IMG/VR virus record: IMGVR_UViG_3300006127_000030
Coordinates: 1-41,854 of that record
Reading direction: 5' to 3' (one strand)
DNA length: 41,854 nucleotides
Source of the DNA: a virus
Lineage: Duplodnaviria > Caudoviricetes
The notes under the pieces were generated by a model. The model was given only the letters and a program-made list of their open reading frames with translations. It was not told where the DNA came from and ran no database searches. A program made the translations under genes and the position numbers. This document shows, in pieces, positions 17,601-29,700 of this stretch; position 1 is the stretch's first letter; every line of letters starts with the position of its first letter.

Positions 17601-20600
17601 ATTGTATCTAAAAATACTAAACTGCTATAAGATTTTTCGTAACCATTGTATTCTTCTGTATAGTATTTGATTGTGTAATTTGTCGGTAATACAAATTGTC
17701 CAGTCAAGGTAACAACAATCTTGGATTTATCTGGTTGAACTACCCAACTTAGTGGGAACTCAGCAGTTGCTCCATCACCAACAAATTTGTCAGTTACTGG
17801 TAATGATCCTATTTGGTTTTGTGTGCCAACTCTATCAAATGTCAATGTTGTATCAATTTCACGCACTGGATTTGACATTACATCAGTAGCTGATACAGTT
17901 GCGGCAACAAAATTGCCCTTTGTAAAACTCCATGAAGAAGGGAAATCAAAGTCTGATACAATCGTTCTAGATGTATCAGTATATGAATATTGTGTTCTAA
18001 ATTCTCTAATTTGTGTATGATAAGGTTTAACTTCTTTGATGTAATTTTCATAGAAGACACTATCTTGCAATTTATAAATTGCAGGTTGAGATAGTTTACC
18101 AGCAAAGTTAGTTACATTAATAAACGATGTTTTAAATACCCAATCTTGGAAAGGATGTTCAGTCATTGCATACTTGACAGCAATGAAAAATATGTTATTC
18201 CAATGTACTGCCAAATCGCCAACAAAAATATCTTTCTTTAATGAATTTAAAATTGTTCTAATTTCAGTATCAGGTGTTTGATCGTATAATGTTTGATTAT
18301 AGGTGTAGGTCTCATCAAACCCATATCCTTGGTTCCATAATGTATCTAGGAACTGTATGGTTCCGTTTTGTAGATATACAACATTAAAATTGTTTCCAAA
18401 ATTGCCAGTTTGAGTCGAAGTGTTAACTTGTTCTAAAACAGCATAGTTGCCATTTCCAAGATTGTTAACTCTTACATATTGCCCAGGCACAAATTTTAAT
18501 TCTGATAACACATACGGGTCAGCAATTTGTGCAGTAATATCCTTGTATGGATTATAATCATTACTTGCCCAATCTGTATAACTCCAATACGCAGGTGTAT
18601 TAAAACTTTGTGTTTGGATTCGTTGCCATGTATATGTTGAAGTGTTTACTCCGTATACTGCCCAACCATTGTTGTAATAGCTATCAGCTAATACAGTCAC
18701 AGTAGCAGTAGTGCTGGTGCTTATTAGACCCAATTCATTTGTATCTTCAACTGTTGTATACTGGGTAGGTGCGGCTTCAGTAGCTAATAAATTTCCTAGA
18801 TATGCAGTATCGGCAATTGGCATACCAATTAAAACAGAATTAGCATAGGTAATAATATTTCGCAAAGCAGTAAATCTATCTTTGAATAAAGTTTGCTGTG
18901 GTCGAATACTAATACCGTACTTTGCTCGTTCGCTTAAAGTAGGATCAGGTACTGGATTTCCTAAGATATCACGCCCAACTAAACTATCTAGTATTTTCTT
19001 TTCAATCAGTGAAGGTAAGATTTGTTCTGGCAATCCGTGTTGTACTAATGCCCACTCAGTGTGTTTAGGGATTTCACTAAATGAATTGTCAATTGCCAAG
19101 TTAATACTAATTTTATCAGATTCTAATTCTAGTCCCAAGTTGGATAGCATTATTGTGTTTGAAGAAATAATACTTACATGCTGTATACCAGCTTCGGTTG
19201 GATTCGCAATATATGTTGCCACATTAAATGCACTAACTTTTCTGTTGGCAACATTAGGAACTGTGACTTTGTTTTTAACCCAGAAGTAATAAACATTACT
19301 GAAACTGTTTGTAACTGCATCATATACTTGTTTGACAGATACAGTAGAGTTGTCAACATTTCTTGGCTGTCCACTAATACCTTTTGTTAATCCAGCGGCT
19401 GTATCTGCTTGTACTGCCCAGTCGCTAGGTAATAGTGTTGATTCGACCCACTCATAAACATCAATAGTTGCACCTGGGAATAGTTTATTCCAATTGCTTC
19501 TTCTGAATTCTAAATTGCCTTGTTCATACCATACATATTTTGCGGTACTGATATCCCACCATAGTTCTCCTACATGGTCATCTACCCAGCTGGCATTGGT
19601 GTTAACATTAACACTATCTGTACCTACACTATAAATTGCAGGGTCACTTGGCATCTTATAGGTAATTTCTTTATCAGCAATGCCAAGTATTTTTCCTTTT
19701 AATGGATCTACATAATCATAATAATTGACTACACTATTGGTTGCAGTATTAATCAAACATATTCTTTGTACAGCCTCTGGTAGTACCAAATCATCTTGAA
19801 CTCTAATCTGGTTCCAACCTGCAATATTAGAATTAATTTTTGTAAACTGATAAACATTACTTACGATGTTACCACTGATACCAGGAGCACCAACAATGAT
19901 ATTTCCATCAACGGCAACACTAGTTCCGTAATCAGTACCAGTGGTAATTGATTCAATTGCATTGATTAATTCTTCGCTGTAGATATATCTAGTATTTTGT
20001 CTATTGTAAACATAAACAGATCCAGACTGTGGTTCTTCTTCAACAAAGCGTGTGGTATCTAAGTCAAATATTTCAGTGTCAACGTCAAAAGTAGTGCTGA
20101 CATTTGTGTTAGTACCTAATGCTGTTACAACCAATGTTGCTAAGTTGTCATCAAATGCCACTGCTTGACCAAACTTCATTCCTAACCCAGTTACTGGATT
20201 TGTAATAATTTGTTCTAGTACATAAGTTGATCCACTTGCAGTGAAAATACCTACAGCACCCACACTACCATCACTATTAGATACACCTGGGGCGCCAACT
20301 GCTAGGTAATTAAAATCAGTACTCAATGCAATTGAATATCCAAATTGTGCTCCAACGGCTTGGAAGGTTGACGACGATACTAATGCAACCCCTGGAGTTA
20401 TTCCAGATGGAAGATTATAAAATACTTGTACTGTTCCACTGTTTGCATGATACGGTGCGCCGATAGCAATTACACTAGCATCATCTGACCCTGCAATAGC
20501 GTAACCCCACTGACTGTTAGATGTCAATGTTACGCTAGGTTGAACTGTGCTGATATAAGTTGCTGTCACCGTAGCAGTTGTACCATTAATTGCATAAGCA

Positions 20601-23600
20601 TGAACAACACCATCGGTGTCCATAGGAGCACCAACTAATGTAAATTTAGTTGCAGTATTTCTTTGAACAAATAAACTTGAACCGAACTGTGCAGTAGATG
20701 ATCCTGGATTTGTAAGCCACATTTGTAATTTTTCATTAAAAATTGTGTCAATGCTACTAATTCTTACAGTACCACTATTGTTATATGATCCCGGTGCACC
20801 TGCAAACATTAAACCATAAAGTGATCCATGGAATTTCATGTCATCATAAAATACTGAATAGCCCAATTGATTATTGTTACCTGGGGTCAACGATGGTTGA
20901 TAAATTGTTATAGGTATCAATGCATTATTGGTAGACTGATATAGACCAGCACCGCCAGTATATGCACCTGTAGTTCCAAATTTAGGCGATCCAATTAAAA
21001 CATAAGACTGACCTTTAGGTTTGTGAATACTAAATCCAAACCCTTCATCTACTGGCGTCGACAATTCTGAAGTTACAGTAGTAGTGTAATTCAAAACTTT
21101 TTCGTAAACTGCCCAACCATTGTTGTCAGTGTTGTTACCAGAATCTACCCAAATAAACGAACCGTTCTTATATTTGTAAAGTTTTTGGTCAGAGGGTAAC
21201 TGGTCAAATGTCGGGAATCTAGATGATTCAAATGTAAACAAGAACCCTGGTGATGCAGGATTAGGGAAATCAATAGATGACAGGGTGCTTGGAACAGTAA
21301 ACTCTGTACTAGATGGCACACTTGTAATTTGATAGATTCCGTCTACTTCTGAATTAAAATCTACAATAGATATAATTTGTGTTGCAGATAATCCGTGAGG
21401 TACGGATGTAGTAAATGTTATCGCACTGTATGGTTGAGATGCATTTACATCAATAATACTAGCTGAGTGGAAAGTATATCGTAAAACGTCCCAGCTACCA
21501 TTAGGGGTGAATCCTAACCAAATAGTAGTTCCGTCATTGATAATTCCGTTATTAGCAATGTCTAACAAACTATTTTGGTTGTAAGCAGTAGCATTAACAT
21601 CATCAATTCTAACATACCCTGCGTGAATTAATTTAAATGCATCATTGCTTGAACTGGTAGTAGCAATACTAGGCAAAGATCCTGCACCTATTGCCAAATC
21701 ACTAGGGGTTATATAATAAATTAAATCATCATTAGTTACTTGATCTGGAGTTACAAATGTGACAATTTGTGGATTTTCTTTAAATGTTCCTTCATGCAAT
21801 GGCGCTTCATATTCGTTGTATGTAGTGAAACTTCCATATTGTCCAACTCGGAATGCCCATTCTTCTCTATATCCAACAACACTACCTAAATTATTTAATG
21901 ATGCTTTAGATAGTTTTGCAATGGCGTTTGATGTACCTTTGTCCTTGATATATCCTTGATAAAATTTGTATTGGCTGATAGGATCAGTAAACACATTGTT
22001 TAGATATGTTCTAGGAATGTAACCAATTAAATTTTGTGCGGCTTGCTGTTGCCCTAAGTCAAAGTTATCAATATCTAAACTGTAAAAATCGTTGAACTGT
22101 CCAATCTTATAATCAAAGTTAGGCAACAATCCTGCTACAGGTTGAGTTCCTAAATTATTCCATTTGGTAAAGTCAAATGTGGAACTGCTATTGATATTTT
22201 TCTTGGCACTGTAATATAATCCATTATATTTTACAATGCTACTAGCAAGGTAATTGGTATATGGGGTCCAATTTACAGCCAACGCTTCATCATACACAAA
22301 GCCTGGTGCAAAGAAATCACCGTTCCATTTAGAAGTTCTAAATCCTACTAGTTTCATTCTTTCTTGGCGTTCGCCTGTTTGAATATCATAAATTACATCA
22401 CCAAAAATGTCAGTATTGTCAAACACAATAGCATGTTCTTTTTGTATGCAATTCAACTGTGCAAAATATATTCCTTCAGTAGTGTTAATCGTGTTGATTG
22501 TGAATACACCATTTTGTCTTGCAACAAATAAATTGTTCTTAGGGAAAGGTGTACCATCAGCACGAGCAATACTGTAGTTGTAAAAACTATTAAAAATGTT
22601 ATCAACTACAGCATTATTTTTTTGGAATTTAATTTGGTCTGCAAACGGACTGATGGAAATAACATTGTTAGTATCCCAATTTTGAGTTGTCCAGTATAAA
22701 AATTCTTTAGCACTTAGGCCCCAATCATTAACAACCCCAAGATCTTGATTGAATTGATCAAACACAAATCCCTGATCAGATAACCATGCGCCATAGCCCA
22801 CAATCATATCATACAGGGCTTGTACAGATGTAAATGTAGTACCATAAGGAACTTTTACAATAGTCTTATCAAATACATCAGCTAACTGTACCGTAGCACC
22901 ACCAGTAGTCGGCAAAGTATCTAATATCTGATAAAGTGTGCTGTCAAATACAGCTTCGGCTTGATGAGAAACTAGGACTCTATAATAATTTGAACCGTAC
23001 TGTACTATTTGACCCTTTTGATAGAAGCTAGTTGTCGGTGCAGATCTAGCAGTAGTAGTTTGACTCAGTGATAATCCATTAGCACCAGTCGAACTATATG
23101 GTTGCCATGTCACATATTGTGCTGTAACTCCACCAACTGTTATAGATGGAGTTGCTCTGTTTCTAACAGGTTTGTAGTAATTAAAATATGGTGTTGTTCT
23201 ATCGTAACCTCTTACAACAAAATTGCCGTTAACTCGTTGAATGATAATTCCAGAAATGCCAACCGTTGTAATTGGATTACTAGAATTTAAAATTAAATTA
23301 TAACTTTCATTTGGAAGTATTGCACCTGGTGCAGGTGTTGTAGGCTCATAAGCATCAATAATAATTTGTAAAGTATTTTTGTTTATGAATCCGCCAACCT
23401 TATGGAACAAATTAAAATCTGCATACTGCAAATCTTGACGCAATTCTTGAATGTAGTTCTGTGTTCGTTGTCTATTAATTTCACTTACAAATACACTATA
23501 CCCACTGGTAGCAACAGTGTTCTCACCATGTATTGGTACGTTGTTAAGTTGGATAAACGATTCATTATCGCCATATGTCCATTGTCCGGCTGCATTAATT

Positions 23601-26600
23601 TTCATATTGTATGGGTCATACATCAATGCAGAATAAGTTGCTGGTTTGGTCAATGCTGTTAGGCGTTGAACAACGAATGGCCAATAACTACTACGTCTCC
23701 AAGCAGTTTCTGCTGGTCCACGATCACCAATAGCCCAATCATATCCAATTGTTAGAGGATTGTATGTGCCAATAAGTCCAATTGTCACCGGATCTAGCAA
23801 GTCACCGTTATCGTCAACTGGCAAAATTTTACTTAATCCTGGACGAGCATAGAATGTATTAACACCTGCTGTAGGACCTTGCGATATTCTACCAGCTTCA
23901 ATGTCGCCCCACATTACATTGTTACCAGATGTATAAGGAGCAGGACCATATTCACTTACCCACCAATCAGGTTGAGAAATAAACCCTAACATTTCCCATG
24001 GGTTAGTATTAGGTCTATCTGTGTCATAGAAGTAATCAAACACAGCTCTCCAACTTCCGTTTACAGGAATTCCCAATTTTTGGTTAAACGATTGATCATA
24101 GTTCCAAGTAAATGGATTTGCCGAATCATATGTGTTGTTTGATGCATAATCAATTCCATATTCGCCAGCCCAACGGATAAAATCAGATTCAATTATGCTG
24201 TTTACTTCAGATATACTGTAATCACTATTTCTAAAAGCACCTGGCTTGACAGAATTAACGTCAAATAAATTATTACGGTATGCTACTTTAATATTATTGT
24301 AGATACGTTTTTCATATTCTAATATAATTGCATCACGATAATCATTAAATGCAACCATTAAGCTGCCATCATGGCCTTGTATAACATTAACTGGACCAGA
24401 TGAATAAGTGTTATCCATAAACATTTGTGGAACAAATGCTGGATATAATCCTAACTTAGTTGGAGTTGGTGGAATAAAACTACCACGAGTATCATAATAA
24501 TCATCGACGGTAATTAAATCACCTTGATTTAAATGATGAGAAATTACAACAGTTCCATCAATTGAATCAAATGTATAATCAACATTGTATGTCAATAACT
24601 TGTTGTTTAGATATACATAGATAGTTCTAAAAGATGGAACATTAATATCAAACGGTTTTAATAATGGGTAAGTAGGGCTCAATGCACTAGTTACGGTATA
24701 ATTAATTGTTTGTTTTTCGTCAGCATAAGCCATCATATCTGATAGATAGTATGGGCTTTGTGCTGTTTTATTAACATTAAGATTTCTTACAATGGTATCA
24801 AGTGCCAATTTAGGATTGTTATAATACTTCTTGTTAGGAAAGTTGATACCAGATGATAGAGAATTTATTAATGTTAATTTAAAATAATTGTAAGCTTCAG
24901 CAGATTTTATAATAGAATCTATTGCACTATTATTCTTTTTGCCAATAAACATCATGGCAAATGCAATAGGATTTATTCCATTTGCTACAAGGCGTTGATT
25001 GGTATTCGCATGTTCAGTAAGATCCGATAATGTAAAATAATTAAGGTTACCATTTAACGGGTTGTTTGTTAGACTTAATGGCAATTCATAATAACCATTG
25101 CTATCAGTGACGATTGGTGGAGCTATCAAATCACTCCATACGTTTACTAAATCTCCATTAATTTTAAAATATGTACTAATTGTAGGAACTTGTACAGTAG
25201 ACAAATCTGGATTAGATATAACAATTGATGATTCAGAAAAGTAATTTTCAAAAAGGAAACTGCCAACAGTATTCAAATTTCTGTAATTTAATTTCAATCC
25301 CAATACAGGATCAACTGTATTATTATTGTTGATACTATAACCAAAAATCTTATTTCCATGGAAATTTGTTTGGTGCATTGATACATCAGAATAGCTTATA
25401 CCATTACTATCAAACAAATCAAATAGTGGACTTTGATTTAGGTATGTATGTTGTTGAGCATACACCCAGTCAGTGCCATTGAACCACCAAGTAGAACCGC
25501 CATTTGTTGTTCCTTGTGTAACCAACACTGAAGAATTTACTGCGGGATCAGTGTCGTCATCAGGCAGTAATGCTACTTTTGAAATTTTGTTTGTAGTAAC
25601 AATTTCAACTTTATAAATTTTACTTCGGACATTTACATCAAAGTCAGCTGTAAAAATAACACGCATTCCATGTTCAAGGTTTACACCATCAATCTGAGTA
25701 GTTGCAGTATTAAGAACACCAGTGCTAGTACTTGAACCTGAAATAGTTAAAAATGCTTCTTTAGTTGTTGTATCAACTAAATCTACTGGTTTAATTGCTG
25801 TAGATCCAAAATTGTATAATTGTATATTAGCATTAAATTCTACAATAGGACGAGTAGCACGCTGTGACGCAGGCAACTCTACAGATTCACCATTAATTAA
25901 TGAACTAGATGCAATTACATCAGCACTAACCCAACGATTGTATCTAGACCAAGAATTCCTATCAGTACTGGCTCGATTTATTGTTACATACTCTGGAACG
26001 ATAGGCATGTTTCTATCGTTATCAAACGCATAGGTATCAAAATTGTCAGTGTCATATAAATCTAATCCTGGAGAAGCAATCGATTCAGGAGTTATTAATT
26101 CGTCATACGGTATTAATTGGATTGATGTTCCTACACCTTCAACAAAGAACTCACGGTATTGATACATAGGGTCAACACCTTGACCACTAAATGCTACTAA
26201 CATACCATTTGCTAGAGATAAAGATTGTGATCCCACTGTTAAAGTTGCAGTGGTTTGACCAACTACAACATTAGCCACATCAAGTTTATCTTGATCAAAC
26301 TCAATAAGTTTTGGCCCAGTAGGTAACCAATAATAATCTTGATAGTTTACTAACTTGTCCCAATTTACTTGTGGGTAATAAGAGTAAGATTCACTTCTAA
26401 ATAATCTATCAAAATTATCAGTGATACCGCCTGCTGTAGAAATTTCATTTACTAAATCATCAATTGCAGTAACACCCTGTATTACTGAATTAATATCACG
26501 AGTAACTAACGCAGGAGTTAATTGGTATGCTTGTCGTAAACCGCTATCCTCTTGAATATAGTTGTCACCAACTTTATAAGTAGGAGTTGAAGTTGATCCA

Positions 26601-26734
26601 ATAAAAGCATTTAATCGTTCTAACTCAGTAGGTTGAATTAGTTGATCAATTGTGCTTGATAAAAATTTAGCGTTTTTACTTGTTTGAAAATAAACTGGTA
26701 ATAAACTAACTGACTGAATAGTTGACGTTGTCAT
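14663..26734 (-). CDS. Giant (4023 aa) baseplate-associated structural protein with FG-GAP-like beta-propeller repeats
   Basis: Uninterrupted 12-kb ORF directly downstream of the gp6-like gene. Repeats (F/L/W/Y)G.S...(V/I/A)GAP occur at about 19850-21050. Confidence 0.8.
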   Translation of the reverse strand: MTTSTIQSVSLLPVYFQTSKNAKFLSSTIDQLIQPTELERLNAFIGSTSTPTYKVGDNYIQEDSGLRQAYQLTPALVTRDINSVIQGVTAIDDLVNEISTAGGITDNFDRLFRSESYSYYPQVNWDKLVNYQDYYWLPTGPKLIEFDQDKLDVANVVVGQTTATLTVGSQSLSLANGMLVAFSGQGVDPMYQYREFFVEGVGTSIQLIPYDELITPESIASPGLDLYDTDNFDTYAFDNDRNMPIVPEYVTINRASTDRNSWSRYNRWVSADVIASSSLINGESVELPASQRATRPIVEFNANIQLYNFGSTAIKPVDLVDTTTKEAFLTISGSSTSTGVLNTATTQIDGVNLEHGMRVIFTADFDVNVRSKIYKVEIVTTNKISKVALLPDDDTDPAVNSSVLVTQGTTNGGSTWWFNGTDWVYAQQHTYLNQSPLFDLFDSNGISYSDVSMHQTNFHGNKIFGYSINNNNTVDPVLGLKLNYRNLNTVGSFLFENYFSESSIVISNPDLSTVQVPTISTYFKINGDLVNVWSDLIAPPIVTDSNGYYELPLSLTNNPLNGNLNYFTLSDLTEHANTNQRLVANGINPIAFAMMFIGKKNNSAIDSIIKSAEAYNYFKLTLINSLSSGINFPNKKYYNNPKLALDTIVRNLNVNKTAQSPYYLSDMMAYADEKQTINYTVTSALSPTYPLLKPFDINVPSFRTIYVYLNNKLLTYNVDYTFDSIDGTVVISHHLNQGDLITVDDYYDTRGSFIPPTPTKLGLYPAFVPQMFMDNTYSSGPVNVIQGHDGSLMVAFNDYRDAIILEYEKRIYNNIKVAYRNNLFDVNSVKPGAFRNSDYSISEVNSIIESDFIRWAGEYGIDYASNNTYDSANPFTWNYDQSFNQKLGIPVNGSWRAVFDYFYDTDRPNTNPWEMLGFISQPDWWVSEYGPAPYTSGNNVMWGDIEAGRISQGPTAGVNTFYARPGLSKILPVDDNGDLLDPVTIGLIGTYNPLTIGYDWAIGDRGPAETAWRRSSYWPFVVQRLTALTKPATYSALMYDPYNMKINAAGQWTYGDNESFIQLNNVPIHGENTVATSGYSVFVSEINRQRTQNYIQELRQDLQYADFNLFHKVGGFINKNTLQIIIDAYEPTTPAPGAILPNESYNLILNSSNPITTVGISGIIIQRVNGNFVVRGYDRTTPYFNYYKPVRNRATPSITVGGVTAQYVTWQPYSSTGANGLSLSQTTTARSAPTTSFYQKGQIVQYGSNYYRVLVSHQAEAVFDSTLYQILDTLPTTGGATVQLADVFDKTIVKVPYGTTFTSVQALYDMIVGYGAWLSDQGFVFDQFNQDLGVVNDWGLSAKEFLYWTTQNWDTNNVISISPFADQIKFQKNNAVVDNIFNSFYNYSIARADGTPFPKNNLFVARQNGVFTINTINTTEGIYFAQLNCIQKEHAIVFDNTDIFGDVIYDIQTGERQERMKLVGFRTSKWNGDFFAPGFVYDEALAVNWTPYTNYLASSIVKYNGLYYSAKKNINSSSTFDFTKWNNLGTQPVAGLLPNFDYKIGQFNDFYSLDIDNFDLGQQQAAQNLIGYIPRTYLNNVFTDPISQYKFYQGYIKDKGTSNAIAKLSKASLNNLGSVVGYREEWAFRVGQYGSFTTYNEYEAPLHEGTFKENPQIVTFVTPDQVTNDDLIYYITPSDLAIGAGSLPSIATTSSSNDAFKLIHAGYVRIDDVNATAYNQNSLLDIANNGIINDGTTIWLGFTPNGSWDVLRYTFHSASIIDVNASQPYSAITFTTSVPHGLSATQIISIVDFNSEVDGIYQITSVPSSTEFTVPSTLSSIDFPNPASPGFLFTFESSRFPTFDQLPSDQKLYKYKNGSFIWVDSGNNTDNNGWAVYEKVLNYTTTVTSELSTPVDEGFGFSIHKPKGQSYVLIGSPKFGTTGAYTGGAGLYQSTNNALIPITIYQPSLTPGNNNQLGYSVFYDDMKFHGSLYGLMFAGAPGSYNNSGTVRISSIDTIFNEKLQMWLTNPGSSTAQFGSSLFVQRNTATKFTLVGAPMDTDGVVHAYAINGTTATVTATYISTVQPSVTLTSNSQWGYAIAGSDDASVIAIGAPYHANSGTVQVFYNLPSGITPGVALVSSSTFQAVGAQFGYSIALSTDFNYLAVGAPGVSNSDGSVGAVGIFTASGSTYVLEQIITNPVTGLGMKFGQAVAFDDNLATLVVTALGTNTNVSTTFDVDTEIFDLDTTRFVEEEPQSGSVYVYNRQNTRYIYSEELINAIESITTGTDYGTSVAVDGNIIVGAPGISGNIVSNVYQFTKINSNIAGWNQIRVQDDLVLPEAVQRICLINTATNSVVNYYDYVDPLKGKILGIADKEITYKMPSDPAIYSVGTDSVNVNTNASWVDDHVGELWWDISTAKYVWYEQGNLEFRRSNWNKLFPGATIDVYEWVESTLLPSDWAVQADTAAGLTKGISGQPRNVDNSTVSVKQVYDAVTNSFSNVYYFWVKNKVTVPNVANRKVSAFNVATYIANPTEAGIQHVSIISSNTIMLSNLGLELESDKISINLAIDNSFSEIPKHTEWALVQHGLPEQILPSLIEKKILDSLVGRDILGNPVPDPTLSERAKYGISIRPQQTLFKDRFTALRNIITYANSVLIGMPIADTAYLGNLLATEAAPTQYTTVEDTNELGLISTSTTATVTVLADSYYNNGWAVYGVNTSTYTWQRIQTQSFNTPAYWSYTDWASNDYNPYKDITAQIADPYVLSELKFVPGQYVRVNNLGNGNYAVLEQVNTSTQTGNFGNNFNVVYLQNGTIQFLDTLWNQGYGFDETYTYNQTLYDQTPDTEIRTILNSLKKDIFVGDLAVHWNNIFFIAVKYAMTEHPFQDWVFKTSFINVTNFAGKLSQPAIYKLQDSVFYENYIKEVKPYHTQIREFRTQYSYTDTSRTIVSDFDFPSSWSFTKGNFVAATVSATDVMSNPVREIDTTLTFDRVGTQNQIGSLPVTDKFVGDGATAEFPLSWVVQPDKSKIVVTLTGQFVLPTNYTIKYYTEEYNGYEKSYSSLVFLDTIDPPGVGVTISVTYQKATSMMTAVERIQNYYAPTSGMPGASLDQLMVGATDPRSQIGGQNEGKFTGTNTFTNFININAPAMINSLTYDTLVNGGPIYPTFISNNLVGALGIDPTELNIDGGYNFISTVASPAPEEVVPGFTADTLGIDVYTKPLNTPPVILDYSQRIVATTTNITIDLTTRPTTIESIIVTFNDIEFNYQGNSLFTLSNQFTIDWQNNELIVAPQITDGRLSYTIMGVGDNTTSGIGLIDKASQPCNGTTSTEVTGLASYFDVVSAYVTVDGVPISQGFTSTTAYYDLGPANASDKRATALVYNLNPAASHGVQAWFFGSLQNNFNKIQSQSTPWTTASYPLIYAPDTTYGPPSDQVIVELTTPTGVTTRLRPPYTTYYTVQSTATTTYPIVDLTNTNFVSFSTNTNVYQNGVLLTYGSQYTLTNTTTVISSQLNLGDTIAVEVFNPTNIFNTVTNNASYSYDYMIGFNSFFNQYYMQLSPNYWGSNYSGSTVKITSFTNQDSMLIQTQTFVGNPRRTFKLDRPVLDSAYVWVTINVSGSELILTNEVDYQMLPDHMTVLVSDAYTIAPTDSVVIMSFASPTVSNEVLGYRIFNDILGRTSYKRLSNLNSTYLTQPLTFADTSINVADATVLTPPDIDANIPGVVLIDGERIEFFEIQGNSLTQLKRGTLGTSPAQYLEYGTKVIDQGTYQTLPVSADPVLVQNTFTNASLGNTYVISTTTVVGGWYNSITSSTVKCDGIKFITTATLGTLPYDPYTGDLKYGVRTYSVSTASIEAKDQVQVYYGGYQLRKNVSYWHDTTVAYDSIDPSQIVGTVPTASALSTVTNYFGNAYVCQDTGYVYVCTLHQYSSTATSLYIDSGLRQTPADFYIINTSTTPTLILNTATVKLHTGTLLSIVMKHGGPSWNDADPANPMINTLSILTSTNVVAQFLREGPALLPDNSFYGGNIELQDNSGTALTDQNGNPLLGF

Positions 26735-26736
26735 TC

Positions 26737-29700
26737 TTACATTCCATTCAATTGTGCGGCAGTTGCGGCACTAATAATTTGTATATTATCAGCAGTTGCT
26801 CCGCTGATAAAGATTTCATTCGACTGACATGCAACTTCGTATAATCCGCCAAAACCGCTTGATGCTGGCACAATTAAAAAGTTTGTAATGTTTGGTGTTA
26901 ATAAGTTCATTATGTATGTGGCTAGTTCGCTAAAATAAAAACTTTGTCCAAAGTCCCAATTTTCTAAACTGAAAAAACTATTAATGCCGTCAAGTATTTG
27001 TGACTTAATTGCATTATCACTCAATGTGGTAGTACTGCTACGGACTGCTTTAAAGGTCGCTCTTAAATTTATATTTGCAGTATTTCCAAATAGTACTTTA
27101 TAACTTGCTGGTTGATATATAATTTGATCACTAATAGTTTTAATTGGTTCAAGAACTGATGCGTAACTATTTTCTAAAGCAACCGTAGTAACTGGCAATG
27201 GCTGTGTTCCGTTTCCAGTAGAAAGCCAATTTCTAAAAGCCGCATCATAATCTGCTGTTAACATATAAATGTCAATAATATTACTCTTAGCTGGATCAAT
27301 TCTTACCTGTGTACTAGGATTGTGTTGGTATTGGAATTTTAATCCATTACGTCCTGGATATGTAACTCCATCAATATTTACTGTAGGTGTCCCTGGGCCT
27401 ATTATAGTATTGAATGTATCAGGATTTACAATATAACTAAATTGCTGGCTTGACTGATGTTGATAGTAACTTACTGTTACTTTAGATGGATTAACATATC
27501 CATCTGTTTCAACTATCGGTCCATTAATTTGCCATTGATAATCTACTGGCAACGCAAACCCTGTAGTTAAATCAGGATTGACTGACAACACTGAAATTTT
27601 ATCCTTAATTACTGTATTGTTTGTATAATCAAAATTTACAGTAGATGCGTCAATGTAAAATCCAGTCTGTGAAGCACTTTGAAAAATGTATTCAGTGTTT
27701 TTAACAGTTACTTGGTAATTGTTTGATCCTGGTTGCCAAGAGAATTTAATCAACCAGCTGGCATCTTTTCCTGTACTGGTAGTATCTCCCGCATAGTCAA
27801 ACATCATTGAAGGATCAACAAAGGATTGATTTAAATTGTTTCCTTGAATAATAGTCCATGTCCTATATGTTGGATCAATTGTCAATCCAAAAGATTGATT
27901 AGACAAACACAAATTAACAATATTTGTTTCAAAAGTAAATCCTAAAGAATTAATATATGCAGGAACAATTTCTACAGGTATTGATAAATTTGGAATCACA
28001 CTTGAGAATATTATAGGTCCAGTACCATCACTTAAATTTCCAAGTCCGTTGTTAGATCCTGTACCAATAACTTGTTGTACCGTGGTCCATATGTACTGTG
28101 TAGCATTGTATGTTTTAGTATTAGTAATTGTTCCATCAGGTAAGAAGTATTGTGTGTTACCGTTGATATCATTAGGTGCGGCAAATTTAATCATTGCACC
28201 TGGTTCAATGTAATATGTTGGATATGAAATTGCAGAATACACTGGTCCAACTGCATATGGCACTGTAACTGCACCGCCAATGGTAGAACCTAAAAAGTAT
28301 CCACGGCTTTGGCCTGATACCACATTAGACAATTGCCATGAAAGTTGTAAAGAACTATTTGCTAAAACAGGTAGTTGACTTCTATAAGTGTCTAAGTAGA
28401 AAGAATATAATCCTGTACTGTTAACTTGTGGATTTAAATTATTTTTTAATGCAATCCAAATGTCATTTTGACTGGCAAAACTAAAAGCAAAATTTGTACT
28501 GGTAGTGTTTTTTGCTAACACCCCGTCATCACAAAAAATATTTGTGCTGGAATATTTTCCACTTACATCACTAAGCTCAAAATACTTGCTAATGCCGCTA
28601 CTGATTCTATTCACACTTTTTACTTTTACAACATTAGTTGTATAGGTCAATGGTGCAATATTATAATCTTCACCAGTAACCATACGATTCTGTGTATAGT
28701 ATTGTTGTGGAGCATTTTGTCGAATACTTGCATTTGATTCAGCACCAACACTATTACTCACGGTATATTCAAGACTTAGCACTAACGTTAAAATTTGATT
28801 TAGGCCAGATTTGTCAACATATGGAATTTCAACAACAATACCAGACATTTGTTCTGGTTTTAATGTGTAGACTGATCCATTGCTTTGACGATAAAACAGT
28901 TGGAAGTTACCATTAGGTAAATTACCAAAACTTCCGTCAGCAAAGTTTAAATCAATTTGATCTTGATCACGAGTTGTTACACTGTAAATGTTTCTATTTG
29001 ATTGCAACAAACTATTATAGATAACACTATTTCCGCTAATTGCCGGAACTTGTGACCACAAGTTAGAATAATTGCCTGCAGGATCTAACTGCCATAACCA
29101 AGTATCGGTGTTGTTAATGTTACTAACATTAATACCTACAATTTCATTTGGAACTGCATTGTTCAATGTAAAACTACTAACTGACATTTTACCTTGTTTA
29201 AAGAACGCAAAGAATCCAGTGTTATTGCTTCCAGAACCTTGATTATCATTTTGATAGATAAGGCTAATTGGATTTCCTGGCTTAGGTGCATCCTCATAAA
29301 TGTAATCTTGACCTTCAAATGTTCCTGGAACAATTTCAAAGTTCATAGAAGAACCATTTACGTTCTGTGTAAATGTATAGATAGGTACATCTAAATTAGA
29401 ACTGTTAAGCAAATATTGTTCACTTAATATCCCGCCAACAACTCCACTAGAGTTAGGATTACCAAAAGCCATGGAACCTGGCATAGCATTATTCATGATT
29501 GTCATAAATTGGCTATACCAATTGTTATTAGTCGAGTCATTCCAAACAATTGTGTTATTGGCCAAATTAACACCTGTATTATCCAATACATTACCAGTAG
29601 TGGCAATCGCAGATATTTTTAGTAATCCACTTGCAGGAACATTACGTTTAGGAATATAACTTACTAACTGGGCAAGTCTTAAGATACTATCACGGCGTTG

